Assembly (NCBI RefSeq): GCF_963921235.1 | Contig: NC_086097.1 | Location: forward strand, 235,602,001 to 235,666,000 | Length of the DNA stretch: 64,000 nt | Direction of reading: 5' to 3' | Source of the DNA: Mobula hypostoma | Taxonomy: Eukaryota | In this document: piece by piece, positions 11,790-23,590 of the stretch | Layout: every line of letters begins with the position of its first letter | Position numbering within the stretch: position 1 is the stretch's first letter | Position numbers and translations under genes: made by a program | Notes under the pieces: model-generated | Database searches by the model: none | What the model was told of the DNA's origin: nothing | The model's input: the letters and a program-made list of their open reading frames with translations, nothing else

Positions 11790-13735
11790 GTACCATCCAC
11801 ATCCCTTCACTGCCTTTATATTTATGCGTCATCAAGAAGTATCTGCTTGCTTCCACTACTACCCCTGGTAATCCATTCCAGACATCAAACACACGATTAA
11901 AAAAAAACTTGCTCCTCAAGTTGCCTTTAAACTTCATACTCCCCCCACCCCACCCCCTCAGCAACCTCCTAACCTCCTGACCTTAAAAGCATGTCCTCTG
12001 GTGCTTGACATTTCTACTCTGGGGAATTATTCTAACTGTCTACCCAAACTATATTCTTCATAATTTAAAAAAAAACTTCGTCAGCTCTCCCTTCAGCTCC
12101 TAAGGAAAACAATCGAAGGTTGTCCAAACTTCCTTCATAGTTCATGTGCTCCAACCCAGGCATATCCTGGTAAGGCTTTTCTGCACACTTTCCACAGTCT
12201 TTAAATACATCCTATAATGGTACAACCACAGCTGCACGTAATACTCCAGATGTGGTCTGATTGAGGTTTTATATTGCTGCAGCATGATTTCCTCACTTTA
12301 GCTTGACACCCCTGCCAATAAAGGCAAACATAACTTCTTTACAATCTTGTCAAACTGTGCAGCCACTTTAAAGGAGCTATTGACTAGTACCCGAAGATCC
12401 CCTCTGTACCTCAATGCTATTACATGACCTACCATTAACTGTACACTTTCTAGTTTAATTTGACCACCCAAAGTGCAACACCTCACACCTTTTTGGATTA
12501 ATCTCCATCTGCCACTTCTCTGCCCATGTCTATAACTGATGTATATCCCACTCTATGAAGAGTCCTTTGCACTATCCACAACTTCACCAATCTTAATGTC
12601 ATCCACAAACCTGGGAATTCATCCATCTACATTTTCATCCAAACCATTGATAAAACAACAGAGGTCCCAGCACAGATCGTTGAGGAACATCACTGGTCAT
12701 AGACATCCTGCCATAATAACAGTCATAATAACAGTCTTCTACTCCAACCAGATGGCATGAAAGCAGGCCATATGAGTCAATTCATCCATACTGACCAAGA
12801 TCCCCTTCTGTGCTAATCCCATTTGCCTGAATTTGCCCATATTCTTCTTTATCTTCTCTGTCTATGTCACTGTCCCAATGTATTTTTAAATGTTGTAACT
12901 GTATCTGTCCTAATAACTTTTAAATGCTGCAATTGTACCTTCCTATAGCAGCTCTGCTGGCAGCTCATTTAATACATCCACCAGTCCCATGTGAAAAACC
13001 TGCTTCTCAGATCCCCTTTAAATCTTTCCCCTCTAACTGTAAACCTACGTTTCCTAACTTCTGACTTCTCTACCTGCGAAAAAGATTGTGATTACTCAAT
13101 CAATCAATCCCCATCATAATTGTATAAACCTCTTTGCCATCTCTTAGCCTCCTTCAATCCAAGTGTAACCCTCAGGTTTGTCTAGGGGAACCAGCTTTCG
13201 GCCCCGCCAAACTGGATATTCACGTTTGTGTGGATGCTGTGTAATGTATCCCAATTACAAGCCCACAATGCAAAATATCAGATAGACTTTATGAATCTTA
13301 ATATGAATATAGGGTTAGTATGACAATAAACAAAAAAAAAGGGCACAAATTAAAGTCACAGTTTCAGTTGGAGCTCACTCAGCAGGCATTCCTCCACCAT
13401 CGATCTCCGTCAAATGTCGCCGACCCTCGGACCCTCAGATCCCAGTATACGCTGTCTGGTGGTGTACTAGCGCTCTCCACACGCATCCTTCCTCTTCCTC
13501 ACTCCTCGACGAAAGCCTGCGAAAACCCCCCTCCCAAACACACAAGAAAGAATAACATTTCTCCCATTCGTTAGCCACTGAATTCCAAAGTCCCGTTATC
13601 TCTATTTATAACCCAAACATTTCTGCTACAGAGAAATCATTATCTCAGCAGTTAACATTACAGAGAAGCTATTACACAAGGAAAACAGTCCCAGCCTATC
13701 AAATCTCTTCCTGTATCTCATGTCCTCCATTCCAG
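11790..13735 (-). mobile_element. Old CR1 fragments (interrupted by a solo LTR)
   Basis: FFNRVFDVWNGLPG and CEVLHFG-type motifs on the - strand. The sequence resumes after the LTR at 13677. Confidence 0.7.
13164..13676. mobile_element. Solo LTR (513 bp)
   Basis: TGTAA...TTACA termini and a 4-bp TSD CAAG (13160-13163, 13677-13680). Related sequence at 45205-45676 and 60683-61068. Confidence 0.8.
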
Positions 13736-13911
13736 TCTCAGACCTTCAGTCCAAAATGAGCTTATAAGTCTCGTAATTTCATATCTTAAAGTAATATACT
13801 GTCATATATCAAGGAAGAATATGATGAAATCTTCCATGGTATTCAGCATGGAACTTATGAACTAGCTTTAACCAGGTAGCACTTACAATGTACAAAAGCA
13901 CAAATAAAAGG

Positions 13912-14030
13912 GATTCTGAGGACTCTGGAAATTCAGAGTAACACAAACAAGATGCTGGAGGAATTCAGCAGGTCAGACAGCATGAAGGTGAATAAACAGT
14001 TGATATTTCGGGCCGAGACCCTTCATCAGA
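13912..14030 (-). mobile_element. Short PLE terminal fragment with hammerhead core
   Basis: The - strand reads CTGATGAA GGGT-CTCG-GCCC GAAAT ATC aactg...ctgctgaattcctccagcatc. Confidence 0.75.
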
Positions 14031-14845
14031 GTGCAATACGCAACTTAATGACTCTTCAACAGGACTCAGCATGTATAACTTGTTACCACAATGAGAATTC
14101 AAAGCAAATAACATAATTCCTTAGAGGTGGAATCTAACTACATGAGAAAGAAATAACAGGATATATTGATTTGATAGGATGAAGAGAGGTGATAAGGAGT
14201 TTACGTGCCACAAGTTAAACCAAGTTGATTGGGACAGTGAACTCTATATAATTCTCTTTTCAGATTATTTCATTTCTATAGGCTGCCCTGGTCATTATAA
14301 GACCATAAGACCGTAAGAGAGAGGAGCAGAATTAAGCCATTTGGCTGATCCATCTTCCCTATCATGCCCATTCTCTTGCCTTCTTCCCATATCCCTTGAT
14401 GCCCTGACTAATCAAGAATCTATCAACCTCTGCTTTAAATATACCCAATGACTTGGCCTCCACATCCACTGAAGAGAGAAAGGGCCATGTCCACAAGAGA
14501 GAAAGCCAGAGCACCCAAAGGAAACCAAAACAGTCACGGGGAGAACGTACAAACTCTTAACAGACAACAGTGGAATTAAACTTAATCCCTAGCACTCTGA
14601 GCGTTGTGCTAACCACTACACCAATGTGCCACACAAGCTTGTTACATAAATGTTCATTCTGTACAGCACATGCTGCTCATTTGAAGGAGATGAGAGAGAT
14701 ATTTGAGAGGATACAGAGACGTGGACTTCTGTTTGAGATCTGCTCACTGGAACTCCTGCAGTAAAAGCGTGGAATTGTTGGAGAGAATTAACTATCGCAG
14801 AGGACACAATAAGACTATAAGACCATAAGATATAGGAGCAGAATT

Positions 14846-15039
14846 GCACACGAAAAATGCTGGTGAACGCAGCAGGCCAGGCAGCAGCTATAGGATGAGG
14901 TACTGGTCTGTCTTGACGAAGGGTTTCGGCCCGAAACGTCGACTGTACCTCTTCCTATAGATGCAGCCTGGCCTGCTGTATTCACCAGCACTTTTTGTGT
15001 GTGTTGCTTGAAATTCCAGCATCTGCAGATTTCCATGTG
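14846..15039 (+). mobile_element. Miniature fold-back PLE with hammerhead in the loop
   Basis: 13-bp TSD taggagcagaatt (14833-14845, 15040-15052); inverted arms 14846-14903 / 14945-15002; gtc TTGACGAA GGGT-TTCG-GCCC GAAAC GTC gac at 14910-14943. Confidence 0.85.
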
Positions 15040-15615
15040 TAGGAGCAGAATTAGGTCATTTGGCCCTTCGGGTCTGCTCCACGATTTCAGCGTGGCTGAT
15101 TCAATTTTCCTGTTGGCCCCAGTCTCCTGTCTTCTCCCCATATCCCTTCATGTCATGACCATTCAAGAATCTATCAATCTCTGCCTTAAATATAAATAAA
15201 GACTTAGCCTCCATAGCTGCTTATAGCAAAGAATTCAATACATTCACCACTCTCTGGCTAAGGAAATTCCTCCTCATCTCCAGTCTAAAAGGATGCCCCT
15301 CTATTCTGAGGCTGTGTCCTCTGATCTTAGATTCTTCCAACATATCCACTCTAACAAGGCCTTTCACCATTCGATAGGTTTCAATGAGGTCACCCCTTAT
15401 TCTTCTGAATTCTGATGAATACAGGTTCAGATACATCAAACACTCTTCATATAACAAGCCATTCTCTCCTGGAGTCATTTTTGTGACTCTCCTTTGAACC
15501 CTTTCCAGTTTCATCTCATGCTTTCTAAGATAAGGGGCCCAAAACTGCTCAGAGTACTCCAAGTGAGGCCTCACCAGTGTCTTATAAAATCTCAATATTA
15601 CATCCTTGCTTATAT

Positions 15616-16140
15616 ATATGTGCTCAGTTCTGGTTGCCTCACTACAGGAAGGATGTGGAAACCATAGAAAGGGTGCAGAGGAGATTTACAAGGATATTGC
15701 CTGGATTGGGGAGCATGCCTTATGAAAACAGGTTGAGTGAACTCATCCTTTTTTCCTTGGAGCGATGGAGGATGAGAGGTGACCTGATAGAGGTGTATAA
15801 GATGATGAGAGGCATTGATCATGTGGATAATCAGAACTTTTTCCCAGGGCTGAAATGGTTGCCACAAGGGGGCACAGTTTTAAGGTGCTGGGGAGCAGGT
15901 ACAGAGGAGATGTCAGGGGTAAGATTTTACGCAGAGAGTGGTGAGTGCGTGGAATGGGCTGCCAGCAACGGTCGTGGAGGTGGATAGAATATGGTCTTTT
16001 AAGAGACTTTTGGATAGGTACATGGAGCTTAGAAAAATAGAAGGCTGTGGGTAACCCTAGTAATCTCTAATGTAGGGACATGTTCAGCACAACTTTGTGG
16101 GCTGAAGGACCTGTATTATGCTGTAGGTTTTCTGTGTTTC
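15616..16140 (+). mobile_element. 5'-truncated CR1 inserted in the opposite-strand CR1
   Basis: QFWLPHYRKDVETIERVQRRFT motif and CR1 tail; the host resumes at 'tatattctagtcc'. Same subfamily as 49940-51165. Confidence 0.85.
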
Positions 16141-16497
16141 TATATTCTAGTCCTCTTGAAATGAATGCTAACATCACATTTTCCTTCCTGACCACAGACT
16201 CAACCAGCAAACTAAACTTCAGGGAATCCTGTATAAAGACTCTGTGCCTCAGTTTTTGGTATTTTCTCTTCATTTAGAAAATAGCCTACCCTTTCATTTC
16301 TTCTACCAAAGTGTATGATCATACACTTCCTGACAGTGTATTTCACCTGAAAATTTCTTTGCCCATTCTCCTAATCAGTCTAAACCCTCCTGTAACTTCT
16401 CTACTTCCTCAAAACTACCTGCCCCTCCACCAATCTTCATGTCATCTTCAAACTTTGCAACAAAGCCATCAATTCCATTCTCCAAACCATTGACATG

Positions 16498-18517
16498 CAG
16501 TGTCTATAAAAAGTATTCACCCCCCCACCCAGAAATTTTCATGTTTTATTGTTTTATAACATTGAATCACAATGAATTTAATTTAGCTTTTTTGACATTG
16601 ATCAACAGAAAAAGACTCCTTTGTGTCAAAGTGAAAACAGATCTCCACTAAGTGATTGAGATTCATTACAAATATAAAGCGCAATATAATTGTTTGTATA
16701 AGTATTCACCTTGAATATGAGACACCAATTCATCACTAGTGCAGACAATTGGTTTTAGAAGTCACATAATTAGTTAAATGTTGATCACTAGTGTACAGCC
16801 ATAGTGCTTCAATTGATTGTAGTAAAAATACACCTGTTTCTGGACGGTCCAACTGCTGGTGAGTCAGTGTCCTGGCAAAAACTACACCATGAAGACAAAA
16901 AAAAAACACTCCAAGCAACTCTGTGAAAAAGTTACTGAAAAGCACAAGTCATGAGATGGATACAAGAAAATTTCCAAGTCATCAGATATCCCTTTGAGTA
17001 CAGTTAAGTCAATCACCAAGTAATGAAAAGAATATGGCACAACTGTAAATCCGCCTGAAGCAGGCTGTCCTCAAAAACTGAGTGTCCATGCAAGAAGGGT
17101 CTCATGAAGGAGGCCACTAAGAGACCTAAAACAGCTCTGTAGGAATTACAAGCTTCAGTAGCTGAGATGGGATAGATTGCCCGGGTACTGCACCAGTCAC
17201 AGCTTCATTGGAGAATGGCAAAGAGAAAGTAACTGTTGAAAAAAAAATCACATGAAATCTCATCTAGAGCATGTGGAAGACTCTGAAGTCAGCTGGAAGA
17301 AGGCTTTATGGGCAGATGAAACCAAAATTGAGCTTTTTGGCCATCAGATGAAATGCTGTTTGGTATGTACTCGTTGGAATTTAGAAGATTGAGGGGGGAT
17401 CTGATTGAACCGTATAAGATCCTAAAGGGATTGGACAGGCTAGATGCAGGAAGGTTGTTCCCGATGTTGGAGAAGTCCAGAACAAGGGGTCACAGTTTGA
17501 GGATAGAGGGGAAGCCTTTTAGGACCGAGATGAGGAAAAACTTCTTCACACAGAGAGTGGTGAATCTGTGGAATTCTCTGCCACAGGAAACTGTTGAGGC
17601 CAGTTCATTAGCTTATATTTAAGAGGGAGTTAGATATGGCCCTTGTGGCTACGGGGATCAGGGGGTATGGAGGGAAGGCTGGGGCGGGGTTCTGAGTTGG
17701 ATGATCAGCCATGATCATAATAAATGGCGGTGCAGGCTCGAAGGGCCGAATGGCCTACTCCTGCACCTATTTTCTATGTTTCTATGTTTCTATAAGCCAA
17801 ACACTACACATCATCAAAAATACACCATCCTGAGCATGAAGTATGGTGGTGGCTGTGGAGATGCTTCACTACAGCAGGCCCTGGAAGGCTTGTGAAAGTA
17901 GAAGGTAAAATGAATGCCCCAAAATACAGAGGAATCCTGGAGAAAAACCTGATACAGTCTGCAAAAGGACTGCAAATTGGTAGAAGATTGGTCTTCCAGC
18001 AAGACAATGACCCCAAGCACAAAGCCAAAGCTACACAGGAAAGGGCTAAAAACAACAAAGTTAATGTCCTGGAGTGGTCAAATCGGAGATCATACCTCAA
18101 CCCAATTGAGAATTCGTTGCTGGACTTGAAAGGGGCTGTTCAATTATGATCCCCATGCAATCTGATAGAGCTTGAGCAGATTTGTAAAGAAGAATGGGGA
18201 AAAATGTAGTGTCCAGATGTGCAAAGCTGATAAACACCTATCTATGCAGACTCAAGGCTGTAATTGGTGCCAAAGGTGAATGTACTAAATACTGACTTGA
18301 AGGAGGTGAACAATTATGCAATCAATTACTTTGTGTTTAATAATGGTAATAAAGTTAGACTAATTTATAAAAAAAAGTTGTTTTCACTTTAACACAAAAT
18401 AACATTTTTCTGTTGATCAGTGGCAAAGAAACCAAATTAAGTTCACTGTGATTCAATATTGTAAAACAATAAAATGTGAAAACTTCCAAGGGGTCTGAAT
18501 GCTTTTTATAGATACTG
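16498..18517 (+). mobile_element. Tc1-family DNA transposon (IR/DR type, defective)
   Basis: About 210-bp imperfect TIRs beginning CAGTG / ending ACTG, with TA on the right (left TA decayed to TG). Transposase remnant 16889-18295: MKTK..HSKQL, WADETKIELFG, FQQDNDPKH, LNPIEN. Confidence 0.9.
17366..17793 (+). mobile_element. Young 5'-truncated CR1 inside the Tc1 transposase
   Basis: Nearly identical to 35988-36415, with an (tttctatg)n tail. The Tc1 frame resumes at KPNT.HH. Confidence 0.9.
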
Positions 18518-19430
18518 TATAACCTAAAAAGAGCTAGTCCCACCACATACTCCTGTGGATTACCACTTGACAGCAACAGGAAACCAGAAAAGGCTCCCTT
18601 TATTCGCACTCTTTGCCTCCTGCCAATCAGTCATAGCTTTACCCATGCTAGAATTGTTCCTGTAATACTATGGGTCATACCTTGTTAAGCAGCCTCATGT
18701 TTGGCACTTTGTCAAAGGCCTTCTGAATATCCAAGTGCACAACATCAACCAATTCTCCTTTCTCTATCCTGCTTGTTACTTCATCAAGGAATTCCAACAT
18801 ATTTGTCAGACAAGATTTTCCCTTGAAGAAGCCATGCTGACTACAGCCTATTCTATCATGTGCCTCCAAGTACTCTGAGACCTCATTCTTAATAAACGAC
18901 TCCAATATGTTCCCACCACGGAGGTCAGACTAACTTACCTATAATTTCTTTCCTTCTGCTTCTCTCACTTCTTGAAGAGTGGAGTGACATTTGCAATTTT
19001 CCAATTTTTTGGAACCATTACAGAATCTGGTGATTCTTGAAAGATCATTACTAATGCCCCCCAGTCTGTTCAGTCACCTTTTTCAGAACTCTGTTATGTA
19101 CACCATCAGATCCAGGTGACTTACTTACCTTCAATCCTTTCTGTTTCTCAAAAAACTTCTTTCTAGTTATGGTAACTTCACACATTTCATGACCCCTGAC
19201 ACCTGGAACTTCTCCCATCCTGCTAGTGTCTTCAAAACTGACGACTAATGCAAAATACTTATTCAGTTCATCCGCCATTTTCTTGTTCCCAATTTCTACC
19301 TCTCCAGCATCATTTTCCAGCAGTCCAATATTTACTCTCACCTCTCTTTCACACTTTATGTATCTGAGCGCAACTACATCTCTCTTAAATAAAAGCACAG
19401 GTGTGGGAAATGGCTTTAACTGGTGTATTC

Positions 19431-19821
19431 AGGGGATTCGTTGCTACATCTACGACCAGTCTATTGAAGAAGATGGGAGTGAGGGGTCACTCCCTCCAAC
19501 ATGCAATCAAGTCCTTTTCAAATGCAGCAGAACAAAGCAGCAATTGGATTTGGATTAAAAGGAAAGACAACAACTAGGCTGCAAGATGAAGACAGGAGGA
19601 TATGGAACTGAGGGGGGTGTATCTGGGATGCCAGGTAGCACCGTTGAGCCCTCTGGAGACGTCATGGGCTTATCAATGAAACGTCAAAGAAGGAGGGTGC
19701 CCACCTGATGACCCCGATGACATACCTACCCTCCCTCCTTGTCACCACTCCAAACCCACTGCCAACATTGAGAGTGCCAATTTACCATAGGGATGGAAAC
19801 ATCAAGTCCTAGTAGCTCTAC
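19431..19821 (+). mobile_element. 3' end of a restriction-like-endonuclease non-LTR element (HERO-like)
   Basis: 19431-19577 reads RGFVATSTTSLLKKMGVRGHSLQHAIKSFSNAAEQSSNWIWIKRKDNN*, resembling the HERO-clade C-terminus. Inserted in an LTR, with TTCA at both junctions. Confidence 0.7.
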
Positions 19822-19831
19822 TTCACATTGC

Positions 19832-19873
<42 letters not shown>

Positions 19874-20193
19874 AGAGAACAATCTGCCTGTATCGACAAC
19901 AGATCAATACATGGTACTAGATGGTTGGGGTTCATTGCTCTAAAAGAAATTCATATATTACACTTCATCCCCCTTTACATTAATGCATCATAAAACTGTG
20001 TATGTACAAAATGTTCAATTTCCCTTTCGTAAACCCATATTCCAAATAAGCATGCTTTCACAATAACAGTCCGTAACTAACTTCACAGTTTGAAAGGTTC
20101 AGTCTTGGGTGCCGCTCTGTTCCTTTCAGGATAGTGCCTCTGGACCTGTGCAGTGGCATCAGGTTTGGTAGGTACCTTGTCTTTGACAAGCTT

Positions 20194-20532
20194 CTGTCCC
20201 TCTGAATATACCTCTTGCCCTGTCCCTCTGAATATACCTCTTGCCCATCCTCTGGGTCACCCCCCCCCCGTCTTTCTTCCCGGACCTCCTGTCCCATGAT
20301 CCTCTCGTATCCCCTTTTGCCTATCACCTGTCCAGCTCTTGGCTCCATCCCTCCCCCTCCTGTCTTCTCCTATCATTTTGCATCTCCCCCTCCCCCTCCA
20401 GCTTTCAAATCCCTTACTCACTCTTCCTTCAGTTAGTCCTGACGAAGGGTCTCGGCCTGAAACGTCGACTGCGCCTCTTCCTATAGATGCTGCTTGGCCT
20501 GCTGCGTTCACCAGCAACTTTGATGTGTGTTG
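20194..20532 (+). mobile_element. Penelope-like pLTR insertion
   Basis: 13-bp TSD ctttgacaagctt (20181-20193, 20533-20545); close match to 39868-40180; 26-bp tandem duplication at its 5' end. Confidence 0.9.
20434..20471 (+). ncRNA. Minimal type I hammerhead ribozyme motif (PLE-associated)
   Basis: tagtc|CTGACGAA|GGGT-CTCG-GCCT|GAAAC|GTC|gactg: core boxes, stem I (tagtc/gactg), stem II and a palindromic loop-less stem III. Predicted cleavage after C20466. Confidence 0.7.
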
Positions 20533-21329
20533 CTTTGACAAGCTTACATCTTTTGACTTGTTTCTTTTGTAAAATCTAAATTTCTCAGAAATTACCAGCG
20601 GTTTAGAGCTCAAATCATTTTGTAAAATTGTAACAATTTCACTGAATGTCTTGCTTGCTGGCGTTGCAGGTGTTACTAAGTTACATAAGAGACTGTACAT
20701 TCTTGGGCCCATTAAGCTAAGAAGTATGGGGCTTTCTTTGGCTGCTCGACGTTGTTTGTTACATTACAGTTCTGCCCCCTCGATATATGACTCCCAGCCT
20801 TCATTAGCGCTATCAAATTCATCAACTTTCCCGACTGAAGCCATCACCACATTATTTTCATTTTAAATTCAGCATGTCTTTCATTATTACTCACACGTCC
20901 TTTGGCTTATTCTGCTGTTTATCTCTCACAGGTTCATCCTGTAATTGTCGTGAAGTTTGTCATATTCCCTGACATTCAGGTCCATACTTATCACCAACTT
21001 GTGTCTGTGCACAACGACGTATATATTAAATGAAGCACAGATGCAGAAAATGGCTTTAACTGGTGTATTGACATTGCAGTGAGAGGGAGAGAGAGAGAGA
21101 ACAATGCAAATGCACAGACAATAGGTCAATTGCCTCGCGTTTACACTTTATGTAATTGAAGAAACTTTTGCTGTCCTCTTTAATATTATTAGCTAGTTAC
21201 TTTTGTATTCCATCTTTACGTTCCTAATGATTTTTTTTAGCTGCCTTCTGTTGGTTTATTTTAAATCATCCCAATCATTTAACTTCCCATTAATTTTTGC
21301 CCTGTTATTTGCTCACTTTGACTTTTATG

Positions 21330-21550
21330 TTGGCTTTGACTTCATTTGTTAGCCACAAATATGTCATCTTCCCTTTAGAATATTTTTCCTCTTTGGAATG
21401 TATATATCCTCTGCCTTCTGAATTACTTCCAGAAATTCCTTGGCTTTGACCTCGTTTGTTAGCCGCAGGTATGTCATCTTCCCTTTAGAATACTTCTTCC
21501 TCTTTGGAATGTATATATCCTCTGCCTTCTGAATTACTTCCAGAAATTCC
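21330..21550. repeat. Tandem duplication (2 x ~110 bp) within the CR1 fragment
   Basis: Units 21330-21439 and 21440-21550; the ORF track shows EFLEVIQKAEDIYIPKRK twice. Confidence 0.9.
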
Positions 21551-22674
21551 AGCCATTGCTGCTTTGCCAGTGTTCTTTCCCAATCAATTCTGGCCAACTC
21601 CCCTCTTATGCCTCTATAATTTCCTTTACTCCTCTGTAATACTGATACATCTAGCTCCAGTTTCTTCATCCTGGCAGTCAGGAGCTGAAGCTGTGTTCAC
21701 TTCCTGCAGATAAAGTCATCCAGGAGATTGTTAAGTACGCTGCAATCCCATTTCTTATGGGGCACAGCATTCCACTTCTTTAGCTACTGTCCTGCCGACA
21801 CTTTCATACATTTTGATTTAACTTTTTAAGCTTACTTTCTACAGTCAAGTAAATTAATCCACAAGATTCAGTACCTTTGGTGTACACCTGTTTTTGCTGA
21901 AACCTGTTGAGCCAAAGCCTGACCACTCTAACACTTGCCCACTCCAACAATGGCCACTCTGTCTACACTTCCTTTCTTTTTATTGACTCAGATGAGACTC
22001 ACTCTCAATGAGACCTCCTGTTTTCCAATTGCTCCTGCCCTCCAAAATGTTGCTTTCTCAGTCGCCACTTCAAACAATGAAGCGATCCCAAGGAAGCTTG
22101 CAGTTTTCAAATGGCTTCTGCCTGCAAGTAGCAAGTGAGAGAGCAATATCTTGCAGAATGCCAGCAATTTGAAAACAGCATATCCCAACTGGCATGAGTT
22201 ATTGTTTTAACAGTAACCCACTTGCATATTTCTGCTGCGCATTTTCCTGATAACAGCTGTTCTTATTTACACTCCCAAGTTGCTACCTTAAACCATCATA
22301 ATTAGCCTTTCCCTAGTTAAGTACTTTCCTTATTGTTGCTCCTGTTCTAGTCTATGACTATGCTAAAGGTCAGTGAGTTGTGATCACTAACTCTGAAATG
22401 CTTACCCGTTGAGGGATTTGACACCTGACCAAGTTCATTGCCAGATCCAATATGGCTTCTCCTCTATTTTTCCTGTCCACATACTGTGCCAGCTATCCTT
22501 CCTGCATGCACCTAACAAACTTTTACCACGTAAACAACTTTTTCATGAAGAAGATATCAATTAATTTCTGTGAAGCTGAAGTTAAACTCAACAAAAATCC
22601 TGTTTTATTTGCATCTTTCCAAAATCTGCCTACCATAATTTAAAATCACAATTTATTTGTAAGTTTGTATGCCA

Positions 22675-23500
22675 ACTAGTGGAGTGGTGCTGCAGCAACA
22701 ACCTGGCACTCAATATCAGTAAGACAGAAGAACTGATAGTGGACTTCAGGAGGGTAAGATGAAGGAACACATATCAATCTTCATAGAGGGATCAGAAGTG
22801 GAGAGAGTGAGCAGTTTCAAGTTCCTGGGTGTCAAGACCTCTGAGGACCTAACCTTGTCCCAACATATTGATGCAATTATAAAGAAGGCAAGACAGCCAC
22901 CATACTTCATTAGGAGTTTGAAGAGAGTTGGTATGTCAACAAATACACTCAAAAGCTTCTAAAGATGTACCATGGACAGCATTCTAACAGGTTGCATCAC
23001 TGTCTGGTATGGGGGTGGAGGGTGGGGGTGCTACTGCACAGGACCAGAAGAAGCTGCAGAGGGTTTTACAACTAGTCAGCTCCATCTTGGGTACTAGCCT
23101 ACGAAGTACTCAGGACATCTGCAAGAAGCGGTGTCTCAGAAATGCAGCGTCACTATTAAGGACCTCCAGCACCTAGGGCATGCCCCTTTCTCACAGTTAC
23201 CATCAGGTAGGAGGTACAGAAGCCTGAAGGCACACACTCAGCGATCCAGGAACAGCTTCTTCCCCTCTGCTATCCGAATTCCTAAATGGTCATTGAGCCC
23301 TTGAACACGACCTCACTTTTTAAATATATATTATTTTTTGCATGATTTTTAATCTATTCAATATATGTATACTGTAATTGATTTACTTATTTATTATTAT
23401 TACTACTATTATTATTTCCTCTATATTATGTATTACATTGAACCGTGGCTGCTTAGATAACAAATTTCACGACACATGCTGATGATGATAAACCTGAGTC
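22675..23500 (+). mobile_element. Rex1/Babar LINE 3' part
   Basis: EVERVSSFKFLGV...DLT..QHIDAIIKKARQ motif, a typical 3' UTR, and a tail. Confidence 0.85.
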
Positions 23501-23590
23501 TGATAGCACTATGTAAACAAAGATTAACAAAGATTCAAAGATTTAAAATACATTTATTATCAAAGTATGTACAGTATGCAGTATACATTC

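Larger units (their letters stand above)
19359..21145 (-). mobile_element. Internally deleted Gypsy-type LTR retrotransposon
   Basis: TG...CA termini, 5-bp TSD CTTTA (19354-19358, 21146-21150), related LTRs 19359-19962 and 21000-21145, PPT-like tract 19963-19976 and decayed PBS-like TGGTGATAAG. Gag N-terminus from ATG 20844 (MASVGKVDEFD...WESYIE...YSLLCNLVTP...KPLVISEKFRF). Confidence 0.8.
14810..21660 (-). mobile_element. Old CR1 LINE split by four insertions
   Basis: Collinear CR1 ORF2 pieces (14810-14845, 15040-15615, 16141-16497, 18518-19358, 21146-21660) rejoin across each insert. Confidence 0.85.

Noticed and set aside
19678..19711. GAAACGTC...CTGATGA in the HERO-like UTR, suggesting a type II hammerhead
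   Set aside because: The intervening sequence cannot form stem I, and no stem II is evident.
19351..21154. Apparent 12-bp TSD acactttatgta around the Gypsy element
   Set aside because: Explained by a normal 5-bp TSD (CTTTA) plus chance similarity of the TG...CA termini to the flanks.
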